Below are positions 13,910 to 27,100 of a stretch of 64,000 bases of DNA, piece by piece. The DNA is taken from assembly GCF_002113885.1 (NCBI RefSeq), contig NW_018408566.1, forward strand, positions 511,945-575,944, in the 5' to 3' direction. A program made the position numbers and the translations under genes. The notes beneath the pieces are model-generated. The model made no database searches and was not told where the DNA came from. It saw only the letters and a program-made list of their open reading frames with translations. Numbering within the stretch: the first letter of the stretch is position 1; each line of letters opens with the position of its first letter. Source of the stretch: Mizuhopecten yessoensis. Lineage: Eukaryota.

Positions 13910-15100
13910 TATACTGAAAGGAAAAAGGAAAGGCAGAGTAAACATTTGAGATGATTTAATTTAATGTTTTTGAATGCTATTAACATTCAATATTTTTATA
14001 CAAGCATAAACAAATTATCTACAATAAATAAATTACCAAAATTTCATTAGATTTGACCGGTAATTCATAAGTAATTGAAGCACATTTGACTCAAACAACG
14101 CAGTCCTTAGTTGGTCGTAAGTAGCATTCCAACGCCCCCTTTCCTTCCTGTCAAGTTCCTCACAAAAATGTTCGATTGGGGACAAATCTGGACTGTACGG
14201 CGGCCATTCGAGTGGGTTGATTTTATGGTTTGCGAGAAAGTCTTCACAAACTCTGGCATCATGAGGCCGGGCATTATTGTTCTGGTGATGCTGTTGCACA
14301 AATGGAACTGCAACCGGGCGGAGGATTTTATCCCCATATCTTACGGCGGTTAAATTCTCGGCTGTCACAATAAACGGTGACTTTACTCAGTGAGCTATCC
14401 TTCCCGAAATCATAACCGAGTCACCCCCAAACCTATCCCTCTCAAGAACGCAAGCGTCGGCGAAGCGTCCCCAACGACCTACGTCGGCCGTCCGGACGAA
14501 AAATAGTGAACTTGGACTTATCTGTAAAAAAGACCCGTCTCCCTTACCTCGTTTGAAATCGATGGGAGCAAGTGCCGCCAACCAAGTCATACGACGGGCG
14601 CGACGTGGACGACTGAGGAGCAGACCAGCGTAGGGACAACGAGGTCGCAGATCAACCCCGTGCAATAGGTTTCTTACAGTTTTCGGGTGAATGTGGTGAT
14701 TATGATTGCCTTCTGTATTAATAGCGGTTTCAGTGGCAGTTACGAGACGATTACGCAGTTGGGCAAGACGACTAAACCCTGTCCTGACGTTACGTCAATC
14801 CGCGCGCACGTCCCGATCGCGGTCGGCAACCCTACCTGTGTCTCTCAATCGACGGACAGGACGGTCTATGACCGAAACATTCACGACCGGACTGCATAAC
14901 AACCTGTTGTTGTATTTGAACTTGCATTGGAAATACAATAGCCTGACCCCTCTGAACCGCCGTCAGCCGCATCATGATTGCAAGAGATTCAAATTAACAG
15001 TAAAAAGCTGAAAACGGTGTATATCCATGTACCTCGAGGGTATAAAGTGGTATGACAAGATGTGTTGAGCAACTTGGCATCATTATTCTGCACGTGTTTT
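13910..15100 (-). mobile_element. Degenerate Tc1-like transposon
   Basis: Frameshifted transposase pieces: ERDRFGGDSVM, NLTAVRY, QNNNARPH (second D lost) and WPPYSPDLSPIEH (Tc1 SPDLNPIE signature). End coordinates are approximate. Confidence 0.85.
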
Positions 15101-16526
15101 ATTTATATTTTAACACTTTCACTACGTGCCATGGTACATTACACGGTTGAGTAACTTTAGACACTGGTACGAGTGCGAAGTGACAGAGATACTCGTCTGA
15201 CCTGTTTTTCATTATTTTAGGCCAAGCAAATAAATAATTGTTGCATATTTTGTTTCCCCGACGTGTCTTGATCCTTTCATTATATGATTACCTAATTTAT
15301 GCTTTACAAATTTTTACAACATGTTGCCTCATTGACATCTTAAAAAGAAGATGAATTAGGATTGCTTTTGTACTTTGTCCATCATAGATATTCGTTATAA
15401 AATGTTCATGAAAATAATCTTAATTACAACAAAGTGATTTAGATAAGAGTTATATAGCAACAACTTAAAATCAATGTTGTATTCTAATTTCCTAAACTAT
15501 TTTTGCAACTTCAATTATTTGGGAGCTTTTACTGGTGATGTATAATGTTGGTGAATTGTGTAGATTGATTGGCCTTGACCTTATTAAATATAATGGCATG
15601 CGTGTACAGCTGTGTGGTACCTATCCAAATTATTGATGTATTTCTATCTACGTTCTACATCGATCGATAAACGTCAGTTCATATGACCAGAACTAAATTA
15701 AGTCTCTTGACCATGCCAGCTGCGAATTCATACAATTACATTAAGGTTACTTAGATATTTCAAACTCTAGGACATAAATGACGACATTTACACACGATCA
15801 CGCCCCAAGCAGTGACATCCCAGATTCGCCTGCTTATTAACATTACAGGAGACATCAATTCTCTACTCTAGATCCCATGTTTCAGTACGAGGTTCTACTC
15901 TGTATTCATGTGTCCTCTTGACTCATAAACTATTTAGGTGTCTACTTGGAAACTTCAAACCACTTTGAAGATAGCAGTGATATCGACAGAGCGGAATATT
16001 TAATACAGGTGTCTTCTTTAATATAGTATAACTTGTAACATTAAATCGCAAAATAATCAAGCCGAGTCTCATACAAACTCCCTATAAAAACCTGGAATAC
16101 TGCACAGTCCTCTCCTCAGGACAGTTTATTGTCTACTATTGTTGAAGACAAGTATATTATGTCTTAGAAGGTACACTCTTTAATGATACAGTTTTCCACG
16201 TCAGTGCATACACGATTAATTATTTCTTTGAACTCCTATTGATACTATTGCTAATCAATTGAACTAATTGTCACTCAACAACTTATGAATCTTGGATAAC
16301 AAATTTGACAGAGCAAAACAAGTGTAAATTGTTCTTGATATTCGCTGTTCGTAGAGAGTTGTTCCCGATATTTTGTGTGATACTCACTTTAAAGACTTAA
16401 AGAAAGGAAACATTAACATCACGTTCGTCGATGTAGAAAACAAATCAAGACTATAACGCTTTTTTTGTTTTATATATCAAGGACTCATCAGTGAATCTTC
16501 AGGTCGAAATGGTGCAAATACATATC

Positions 16527-17010
16527 GAATGTGTTCCGAAGAATGTGGTATTATACAACTTAAGAGAAGGATGCCTTTAACACCATGGTTGGCGTCAATT
16601 AAAATTTTATACTTAAACTATTGTTCCATGTAAATCGTGCCTTAATGATTCCAGCAACAGGCTACGACACAGACACGTCACGAATCATGAATAGAATGTG
16701 CTCCGAAGAATGTGGTATTATACAATTTAAGAGAAGGATGCCTTTAAAACCCATTGTTGGCGTCAATTAAAATTTTATGCTTAAACTATTGGCCCATGTA
16801 AACCGTGCCGTAATGATTCCAGCAACAGGCTACGACAGACAGGTCACGAATCAGGAATATAATGTGTTCCGAAGAATGTGGTATTATACAATTTAAGAGA
16901 AGGATGCCTTTAAAAACCCATTATTGGCGTCAATTAAAATTTTATACTTAAACTATTGTTCCATGTAAATTGTGCCTTAAGGATTCCAGCAACAGGCTGC
17001 GACACAGACT
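16527..17010. repeat. Tandem repeat, about 167-bp unit x3
   Basis: Units start at about 16527, 16694 and 16860 (AATGTGTTCCGAAGAATGTGG...). Confidence 0.9.
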
Positions 17011-17789
17011 GTTGCAGATGAACGAATTGACACACCTGTTGGGTATGACGATACTTATCTTGATTACTAGTTTATATTTGTAATTATAATATACAACGAA
17101 ACTTATAAGAAAACTCATACACATACCATTGTCAATTCCTGCTTAGTCGTAATGACACTTGTTTAACGTAGGTTCAAACATTATGATTTCATTGAGAAAT
17201 GCATCCTTGTCATTACAGGATAGTCAGACAGACACTGCAAATATATTGTCATATCATTGAGTTAGTGAGTAATATATACAAGCGTAAATTGGCATAGCTA
17301 TTATACACTATCGGTCTAGATCTTTAGACGGCTTGTTATAACATGTTCGTATACAGTATATTTTAAGTGGATACCTACGATGGCCGATAGCAGCCGACAC
17401 AAAACAACTACAATATAAGACATTTGTGTACATGTACACTTTTTAAAAACTGTACATGTACACAATACAACTACAAGTGCTATTAACATTCCTTAACGGT
17501 TCGGGTCAACTTGATATTGTGTAGAAACCAAAATGGAGAAAGTAGTGATTACATCAATTCAGAAAGTCTTTTTCTTGCAAAACACAGTTTTATAAGCAAA
17601 AATATTTTAGTTCGCTCACAGGTAATACAGACGCCGATTGGTGCATACATCATGCAGAAAACCACTCGTGTGTAACCATCGGAATGCACTGTGCACACTA
17701 GATTATTACAACGGTAGTGTGAGACATTTACTTATATTGGCTCACTCCGTTGCAAACCAACCGTAAACAGAGTCGACCCGATCCATATC

Positions 17790-18250
17790 ATGGCGGAGGG
17801 TTTTATGTCCTGGACGTGGTGAGGGCCGATGTAGTCAGGTCCGTCTTCAACGCCCGTAGGACGGCTCAGTTGACATTTTTATCTAAACAGGTAATTACAA
17901 CAAATCGTCGTAAACTTCCACTTTTATTGTTACAAGTTCTTTTCCTTTAGGATAGATCCTACATAACAGTGACTTGTAGCTACGTATTGTGGGTTACAGT
18001 TCCCACTACACCACAGTCGGGGAACTCACTACGGACAGAACAGGAGTAACCAGGATGACTTAAGCCGCTAATAATGAGGACGGATGCATGTGATGACAAG
18101 TATGTATCGGATAGAGACGGTATTATTTTCATTTCAACAAATTTTATTGACAAAGATGATACAAGTCAATTGGATGGAACGGATTGGACGGTATTATTAA
18201 ATGAGATGATAACTTTCCTTTCTCATTCGGAGCACCTTGGGCATTATTGT
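17790..18250 (+). pseudogene. PIPOX: Decayed PIPOX 5' fragment (exons 1-2, possibly exon 3 remnant)
   Basis: ATG at 17790 starts a frameshifted exon-1-like sequence ending ...FLSKQ|GTAATT at 17890. At 18000, TTACAG|FPLHHSRGTHYGQNR resembles [15 protein letters not shown] and is followed by stops. The exon 3 similarity near 18140-18250 is weak. Confidence 0.75.
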
Positions 18251-19896
18251 TATTGCATGTATCATTCCTAAGATCAATATATATATATATAATCCAACCT
18301 TCAAAATTAACAACATACTTCCCCCCTAAAGCGAAATGTACGGAATGTTACATGTTTTATCTATTATATGTGATGTTTTGCTTCCATAGTTCTACAGTAT
18401 CGATACAATAAAATGTATTGTTTGGTTTGTTTTTGTATTACATGACCAAGTCAGTACATAATGTATCAATAATGATATAATTATTGGAAAGTCCTTTTTA
18501 CTAGGCGAACAAGGGTTATTGGCCTTAACCGAGATAGGAACTCGTTCAAAACACCCAGGTTATTAACATTTTAATAGTATTTTAAAGCAAATATATATTT
18601 CAGACACAAAACATTTACGATAAGTAGTTCATATTTTAAATCTTCGGTTCAACGCAAACTAGTGTATATGACACATTGTGTTTATTACTTGGACCAGATG
18701 ATATAGAACATATAGATGATATAGATGACATATGAAACACAAGTTAAGAGTGAAGACAGTTTCATGATTCGTGACCTGTCCGGGCCTTAGTTGCGATTTA
18801 GGTCGATATATGCTATACGACAAAGCTTTTGTAAAAGTGACGATGACCTTAACCATAGAGCAAGCGACCTGAAATAAACATAACAATGTGTGGTAGTTTT
18901 AAGGGGAGAACAAACACCATGACGAAAACATAAAACGTCATATCATAAGAAGGAGAGAATACGACGAGAAGGTATGTCTACTCGCTTGTAAGCTTACAAT
19001 GTCGTGTTTCACTCGATAGGTAGTATCAAATATCCCGTAAAGGTCAATGATTTACTGTAAGTATATATATATAAGCTTGGCATAATATGTTATCCACCAA
19101 TCTAACTCCAATGAATGCGCTCCCAATATGTGGGGTCATGGGAGTGGTTTCTTGTTGGCACTTTTGATTATATCGTTTAAACCCCGCACAATTTCATTTT
19201 ATTCCAAGTAGGATCGAGGAGAAAGGATCGCCATCTTCTTTATTCACCTCTCTGCCTTTCCATGTTGGTGGCGTCTCCTTTATCACCCGTGTTCATATCA
19301 CCGTGGCTATCTGTACGCCATCATTAAATATTCATCAAGTTTCAGAACAACTAACCAGTCTTTGCGTCAAACGTGTAATCATTAGTATGGATGTCGAATC
19401 GATTTGACAATAATTTATTCAAGCGTGAGTTTTCATGAATGTCGATAAGCGAATATTACATTTGTACTTAACAGCTGTGTCTATATTTTTACCTAGGACA
19501 TCGGTGTCGGCGTTTAAATGTGTTATAAGCATACTGAAATTAATTATAATGTATAAGGGAACTGATTGTGGTAAAAAAGTATGTTATTTAAACAGATCAA
19601 ATGTAAATTATAAAAACCCTTTTTTACACAGCCAATAAGAGTTTCTATGTGACGTTTCGATGACTTTTACGGTATGTGAACACTGTCACTTTAAGCAGAT
19701 GAAATTTTCTAAAAATATTTTTTCATAGTCCATGCTTACCAACTTAATGAAAATTTAGAAAGATCAAACGTGACTATAATAGTTAAGGTGACAGTGTACT
19801 GAATCAACAAACTAAATGTTAGAATAGCTTTTAGTTTTGTGTATTGATTGTTAACAATAAGAACGTAGTCCAGACTCTGTATCACTTTCTCATACC

Positions 19897-21225
19897 CTTT
19901 CTAAACACCTAGTCTTACTATCCTTGTAATGTTTCAAATGTCTTCATGTAAATCACTACCTTTCTGAACACCTAGTCTTATTATCCTTGTAATGTTTTAA
20001 ATTTGTCTTCATGTAAATCTCTACCTTTCTGAACACCTAGTCTTACTATACTTGTAATGTTTCAAATGTCTTCATGTAAATCACTATCTTTCTGAACACC
20101 TAGTCTTACTATACTTGTAATGTTTCAAATGTCTTCATGTAAATCACTATCTTTCTGAACACATAGTCTTGCTATCCTTGTAATGTTTCAAATGTCTTGA
20201 TGTAAATCACTACCTTTCTGAACACCTATTCTTATTATCCTTGTAATGTTTCAAAGGTCTTCATGTAAATCACTACCTTTCTGAGCACCCAGTCTTACAA
20301 TCCTTGTAATGTTTCAAATGTCTTGATGTAAATCACTACCTTTCTGAACACCTAGTCTTATTATCCTTGTAATGTTTTAAATTTGTCTTCATGTAAATCA
20401 CTTCTATTCTGAACACCTAGTCTTACTATCCTTGTCATGTTTTAAATTTGTCTTCATGTAAATAACTACTATTCTGAACACCTAGTCTTCCTATCCTTGT
20501 AATGTTTTAAATTTGTCTTCATGTAAATAACTACTATTCTGAACACCTAGTCTTACTATCCTTGTAATGTTTTAAATTTGTCTTCATGTAAATCACTTCT
20601 ATTCTGAACACCTAGTCTTACTATCCTTGTAATTTTTTAAAGGTCTTCATGTAAATTAAACCTTTCTGAACACCTAGTCTTACTATCCTTGTAATGTTTC
20701 AAATGTCTTCATGTAAATCACTATCTTTCTGAACACATAGTCTTGCTATCCTTGTAATGTTTCAAATGTCTTCATGTAAATCACTATCTTTCTGAACACA
20801 TAGTCTTTCTTTCCTTGTAATGTTTCAAATGTCTTCATGAAAATCACTACCTTTCTGAACACCTAGCCTTACTATCCTTGTAATGTTTCAAAGGTCTTCA
20901 TGAAAATCACTACCTTTCTGAACACCTAGCCTTACTATCCTTGTAATGTTTCAAAGGTCTTCATGTAAATTACTACCTTTCTGAACACCTAGTCTTACTT
21001 TCCTTGTAATGTTTTAAATTTGTCTTCATGTAAATCACTACTATTCTGAACACCTAGTCTTTACTATCCTTGTAATTTTTTAAAGGTCTTCATGTAAATC
21101 AAACCTTTCTGAACACCTAGTCTTACTATCATTGTAATGTTTCAAAGGTCTTCATGTAAATCACTACCTTTCTGCACACCTAGTCTTACTATCCTTGTAA
21201 TGTTTCAAAGGTCTTCATGTAAATT
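19897..21225. repeat. Satellite/minisatellite, 63-bp unit (61-65 bp variants), about 21 copies
   Basis: Repeated unit CTTTCTGAACACCTAGTCTTACTATCCTTGTAATGTTTCAAATGTCTTCATGTAAATCACTAC. Confidence 0.95.
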
Positions 21226-22199
21226 ATTCCGTGCTATTAATTTGTAACCCATGGCTTCAGTGACTCTTCGGTATTCTGTTGTTTTATTTAATTACCTAAT
21301 GTCTCCAGTAATTGTATAAAAACTTCGACGTGTTTTATTTCCAAACTCAAAAATATTTGCATGCTTTTTGTAGAAATTGTAAATTTGCCAATATTGGTGA
21401 TAGTAGCCTTTTCTAGAACTCACACAACCAAATCATTTACTATATGTTATTACTAAGCTTTTGAGCTAATAGCTGATACTTGACGTTCAACACTAGTGAC
21501 AACTGTCTAGATTCATAGAAACATACCAGAGAAAAGCTTCAAAAGGCATGTTAGCGGGTTTAATGGCATATAAGAGTGCTACTGGCGTCTGATTTTGACA
21601 ATTGGAAGTTTACAAGCCAAACCAGTGAAGTGGGACGGAACTTCCCCTGACTTTTGACCCCATATTAATCCGTCATCACATATTAAGATCTACCAAAATT
21701 TTACAAGTTAGATATCTGTACATTTCGTTCAATGCAAACCATGTCAACAAGGACCCATTTTGATTACTCAGAAGGCACTGTATTTAGTCCTTTAACACAT
21801 CCGGATTTTGAGAACATCACTTGAGGAAAGGAATCATATCAGTAAAATCCTGATCTTGTTCTTTTTGGGTAATCCAGTTTCATAAATACAAGGGAGTAAA
21901 ATAAAGTAATAAATTATCATTAAAACGCAAACCAATAACTGAGTTTACGAATGAAAAACACCCGCTGCATACATACAGTCGATTTTTTTTTTTTTAAAAC
22001 AAGATCACAAAACGCTCTAAAATCTTGAACAGATGACACATTTCAAAGCTGGTAAAACTATTGGCCATTTAAAACAGTTATTGATATACCGTGTCTCATT
22101 GTAAACACCCAAACTAATAAGATTTAAACAATCATCACAGCAACGACAGGGAAAATGATGACTGGTTTCTACCTAAGGACAAGCTGGTGCCGGGAATTG

Positions 22200-22750
22200 G
22201 CTGTCGGATATATTTAACGTAAGGTATTGTAGTAGCTCCTTTGAAATGAGACATTAAGTTGTGGGGAAAAACGACAAAACACGAAAGCGTCAACAAAACT
22301 GTAGAAAAAACCAAGGTGTTTCGGAAGGGTAAGCGTCTGCTCTTTCGTCGACGATACTGGCCATGTAAATCTAGTTCAAATCCTAATAATATCACTTCCT
22401 CAGAGCGAAAGCCGCGTTAGTGACGAAATAATGCTCACTTCAGAACACAATCAAAACATGGACCTTCATATCACACAAAAATATATAACAATTCTCAAAT
22501 GAGATCATGATTATGACCATAGAATTTGTCAAAAGTGTTCACCAACTAGCATCTCGCGAAACACTTTGTATCAAAGTGTCCGTCAGCAGCCTATATATAT
22601 AACGGAAAGCATGATATTCAGAGTACGGTCTTTAGTACCGAATGAACTACGACAAGTATACATCGTAATTTGGGGCAACAGTGATCATCCGGAGAATGTA
22701 GGCTTCATGGTGGTTGATCCAAGTTTACAATAGCTAGTTTCCGCATGTAA
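22200..22750 (-). mobile_element. Penelope-like RT C-terminal fragment plus 3' region
   Basis: Minus strand reads APNYDVYLS.FIRY...RLLTDTLIQ...DKFYGHNHDLI, similar to PAYGVYISQLIRY...KFYGRHHDL, and is followed by the motif GACGCTTACCCTTCCG. Confidence 0.6.
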
Positions 22751-24124
22751 ACGGGTGACAGGGATTTTCGGGAGCTGTAGCAAAAATAACTAGATAAATA
22801 GATACATGTAAAATGCAAAATTAGACTAACACAATGCGTATCAAGGCACCTTATATCTTGATTAGAATACAACGAAGACAACAAGCAAAAACACTTATTT
22901 TATATAACATAAAAACATTTATGCAGTATGATTTATATATACCTCAATGAGGAATACAACTGAGGTTGTACAACGCACAAAAAAGAAGATAATTCAACCA
23001 TATCAGGACTAGGAAGTACATGTCAGAAATCAGATCATAATACTCGTTCATATGTCATCGAAGGGTACTGAAGCTGCCGCAGGTTTTGCTCAAATTCGTG
23101 ATCCGCGTGGTGGTAATATTGTATAATGGGAAGTATTCTGTACTATATACAATAACGTTTTCATTGTTTTTCAATTTCCCTTTTCAATACCAAATGAAAC
23201 TCTTTCAGCGCTCACTGACGAAAAATATTGCCTTCCCTTAATTTGCCGTATCCTTTGTCGAAGAGAAAGAAATAATTTCCCTGCACAACCCTTAGTTTAA
23301 TCGGTATTCGTGTTACTGCATTAATTCAGAATGAACATTAACCTATCTAAAATGTCTTTACATGACTGCGTTTATTCTGCCATCTTAATCACGGTTGAAT
23401 TATTAACATACTGTTTGTTGGGATATATATACAGGGAAAACTCGTTTAAATATGAGTTAAATCACACACTCAAGAGCTGTTGCGGGGGACAATACCAACT
23501 AAATTGTGAGGTAGGCTATTTACTATTGAATATTACCCAACCGTTCATAACAAAGCGACAAATTCCTTCGAATACGGTTAACTTAAATTCCGAAATTTTA
23601 TTCAGTCGTTACGGTATGTTAAGGCAATAAAATATGCTTCCTCAACGCCTGTAAAATAGAGTAGGTTAGTGGTAGGTACTCAAGCGTTTTGAAGACAATG
23701 AATATCTAGAAGTATAGAACGTTTTTAGCAGACGACAATATCGGCGAAGGGTACAAAAAGCAGTGTAGACGTAGAAAACAAACAAGTCCGCCATCAAGTA
23801 TCATAATTTACTAAGCAGAAAAAGGATGATGCAATGAAGAGTTTATTTTATATCGACAAGAAGAAGGTAGCCACATTAACCATTTTCTTATCCACTATGC
23901 TATAATAAGAAGTTAGCATTAAGAAATTATCTAGTACATGTTTATTTCGTATACGGAAAGATAGACCATTGGCGTATCCAGTAATCACACATCTGTGGAT
24001 TATTTGTTATGTATCAATCGTTATCTGTATAAAACACTCGTCTATTTACTTGTACAGTTCAAAGTTAACGAACGATAACGGGGCGTTCTTAAACAGCAGG
24101 AACAAAGACGACTCTATTCACGTC

Positions 24125-27100
24125 ATGACGGAGGACTTAGTGTACGACGTCATAATTGTTGGCGCCGGGATAGTGGGATCGTACACCGCCTACCACGCCA
24201 AAAGGACGGGCAAGTCGACGCTTCTACTTGAACAGGTCATTTCATGTGCTGCACATTTCACTTTTATTGAAAGGGACATTTTGCTTTGCTCTTTTCAGTC
24301 ATTCATTGGCTCTCATTACTCCAAAAGCCTAATTTGTAATCGTATTTTGCCACATACATGTATTATTGTATTAGCTCAAACGTCAAGGTCACTGCTATCA
24401 TAAATATAGTTTGTCATTTCCCTATGAGTCTCTTTTATGATCTCCAATAGCATGATTGATTCGCGTTTGCTTACAAAAGTCACTTTTGCGTTAAGTAAAA
24501 AAACAACACTTGTAGAGCATCACTGACAATTATGTCATTGTATATGTGAATAAGTACTTATTTTGTAGGGTTTAGCTTCTCTTTTAACTCTGGTACCGTG
24601 TGTTATTTATGTGAATACTCTGGTTCTAAGGCAAACCTTGTAGTTCATCTAACAGGAGTATTTTGATCAATTTCACTTTATCTATTTCAACCGAGTGGAA
24701 TTCGTGTATTATTTTTGATCGGCACAAAAAATAAAAAGGCAACTACATTTTCGGAAATCAAACATCAATTTGTCCATACAGGTATGACAGCAGTTACATT
24801 GTACCACTCACTGTTGAGTCTATTGTTTACAGTTCCCACTGCCCCACAGTCGGGGGAGTTCCCACGGACAATCTCGAACGATTCGGAGTGCATATGGAGA
24901 CCTTGAATATTATACGCAGATGATGACCAAGGCGTTCCGAATGTGGAATGAACTTGAAGACCAGTCTCGCCAGACACTATTCAGGTGATCATCTTATTAA
25001 ACAAAGCCTCTTCTTTGTCATTACGACCTAGCATCAACCCATTCAACAAGCCTACGTCTGTTCTTATCAAGCATCTAATAAGTTTACGCTTCAAGTCTCA
25101 CACTACGAACGACCTCTCATTATTCTGCTCAGCAAGAGTGACTATATTCTTTTTGTTAAATAGTGGTAAAATAGTTCGTGTGATTTGTAGAATTTGCATT
25201 TATCTAGTGAAACGTCATTAAATTTTCCTACTATATACACCAAAATATGTCTTCAATAGCCACAGCCCTGAAGAGTTTCAGTTAAGTTCAAGACGTGATA
25301 TGAATTGTAAATAATTATTCAAGTTGAATTTTAGACAGACTGGCTTGCTATGCATTGGTCAAAAGGGGACGAAATATCTAGATAAGACAACCGATTGCCT
25401 CCGCAAAAACAAAACTCCCTTCCGAAGGTTAGATTACGAAGAGTTCAATAAAGCTTTTCCCATGCTCTCCTATCCTTCGGAAGTAGGTGGCGCTGTCGTC
25501 GATTACAGTGCGGGACTTTTACTGGCCGGAAGGGCTCTTACCGCTGTACAAGTAAGGCTTAACAGTTACTTTGCATTTTAAGCATGATGCTGTTTAAATA
25601 ATTTTCCAGTCAATATACATTAACGAGGGAGTGTTTACCATAATGCATGAAAATGTGTATTTTTAAGAAGGTCAACGAATCCATGAATACTTTAGCATGG
25701 TATTAGTAGATGGCGAGATGTTTTTTTTTATTTTATTTTTTATTTTTCTACGGCGACAAAAAAAGAATAAAACAAATCATTTCATTCTTATAGAATGTTT
25801 ACAGAAATGATTTTGACACCAACATTCACTATGTAAAACAGTTGCCCCATGTTTGGAAATTGATATCAGGTACTGTAGTGTATAGAGGGAAAACTGTCGT
25901 GATATAAATAATTCTGTTGAGGAGAGGACGCTCAAGACTACTCAAATATTATTCTGAATTCTTCATCAATTCCATTTCTCGCTTAATGGCACTAAGTATT
26001 GTGGGATGATATTAGGACATTTGCTCGAATGAGCAACAAGCAGAGGCTCCGATAACACGTTTTTAATTCGTTGCAAACGAGGCAGGCTCGTATTCTGATC
26101 ACTAGGGGACATTCGCCAAATTTGTACAGGATTGTCTTTTGGAAAAAAAAGGAAAATGTATAGATAGGGTTTTTGGTCATGAAACAAACCCAGTTCGTTC
26201 TGAAAACAGGAAATGTAAAAGATATCTTAGTTTTGTATTAGGGATAATGTTTGGATAGCCATGCAGTTACTATGTGTTTAATTGGACCATAGTTATATAT
26301 GTTAAACAAGAAGCCCAATGAGTATTGTTTATTGCAATGCAGAACCAGTACCTGAAGTTGGGGGGATTGCTGCATGATGGAGAGAAAATGACAGAGATAA
26401 TTCCAGGAGAGGTGATCAAGGTGAAGACTGAGGCGAGGTTGTACCAGGCAAAGGCTGTGGTGTTGTGTGTGGGACCGTGGGCCAAGAAAGTACTCACCAA
26501 GCTAGGACTAGATGTCCCTCTGCAGGTACGCCATGTCATATATATCTGTGCAGTTCAGTTTCTTTATTTCCGAGAGCTCTTTTTACTCACAGGTTAAATG
26601 TCAAACAATTACATAATGCAGTACATGTACAAGAGATTGCTATACAAAATTAAATTAATTAAGTTGAGAGTGAGCTTACAAAGTATATAAGTAGCTTCCT
26701 TATCAGACATTGATTTCACTACGTACAGTTATGTGATCGCACAACGCATCACATTTACCGTACGCACATTTATATATACATCGTGCGCAGATCTGTGGGA
26801 TTTAACAATCGATCAACCTGTTGTGCGATAAAACACTCACATATGTGCAAAATGGTCAGATCGGTTTGTCAATGTTACGGAATGAAAACCGCCAGTAAGG
26901 CTCGAGTGCAATCATGCACATCGTATACGTATTTAATTTCCGTTTGGTATGTTTTAAACGGGTTTTTTTATTCTTCAAAGCATGCTGCACAATATAACAG
27001 TGACTGTATAACTGTTAATAATTGGACTGTATAATCAGCTACAGTACTAGCACATGTACACGTACGTAGTGAATTGCATGGAGTTTATCGCCGATGAGAA

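Noticed and set aside
23969-24124. N-terminal extension or signal peptide on PIPOX A
   Set aside because: The ORF-track start is a TTG; homology begins at ATG 24125 and matches copy B's start.
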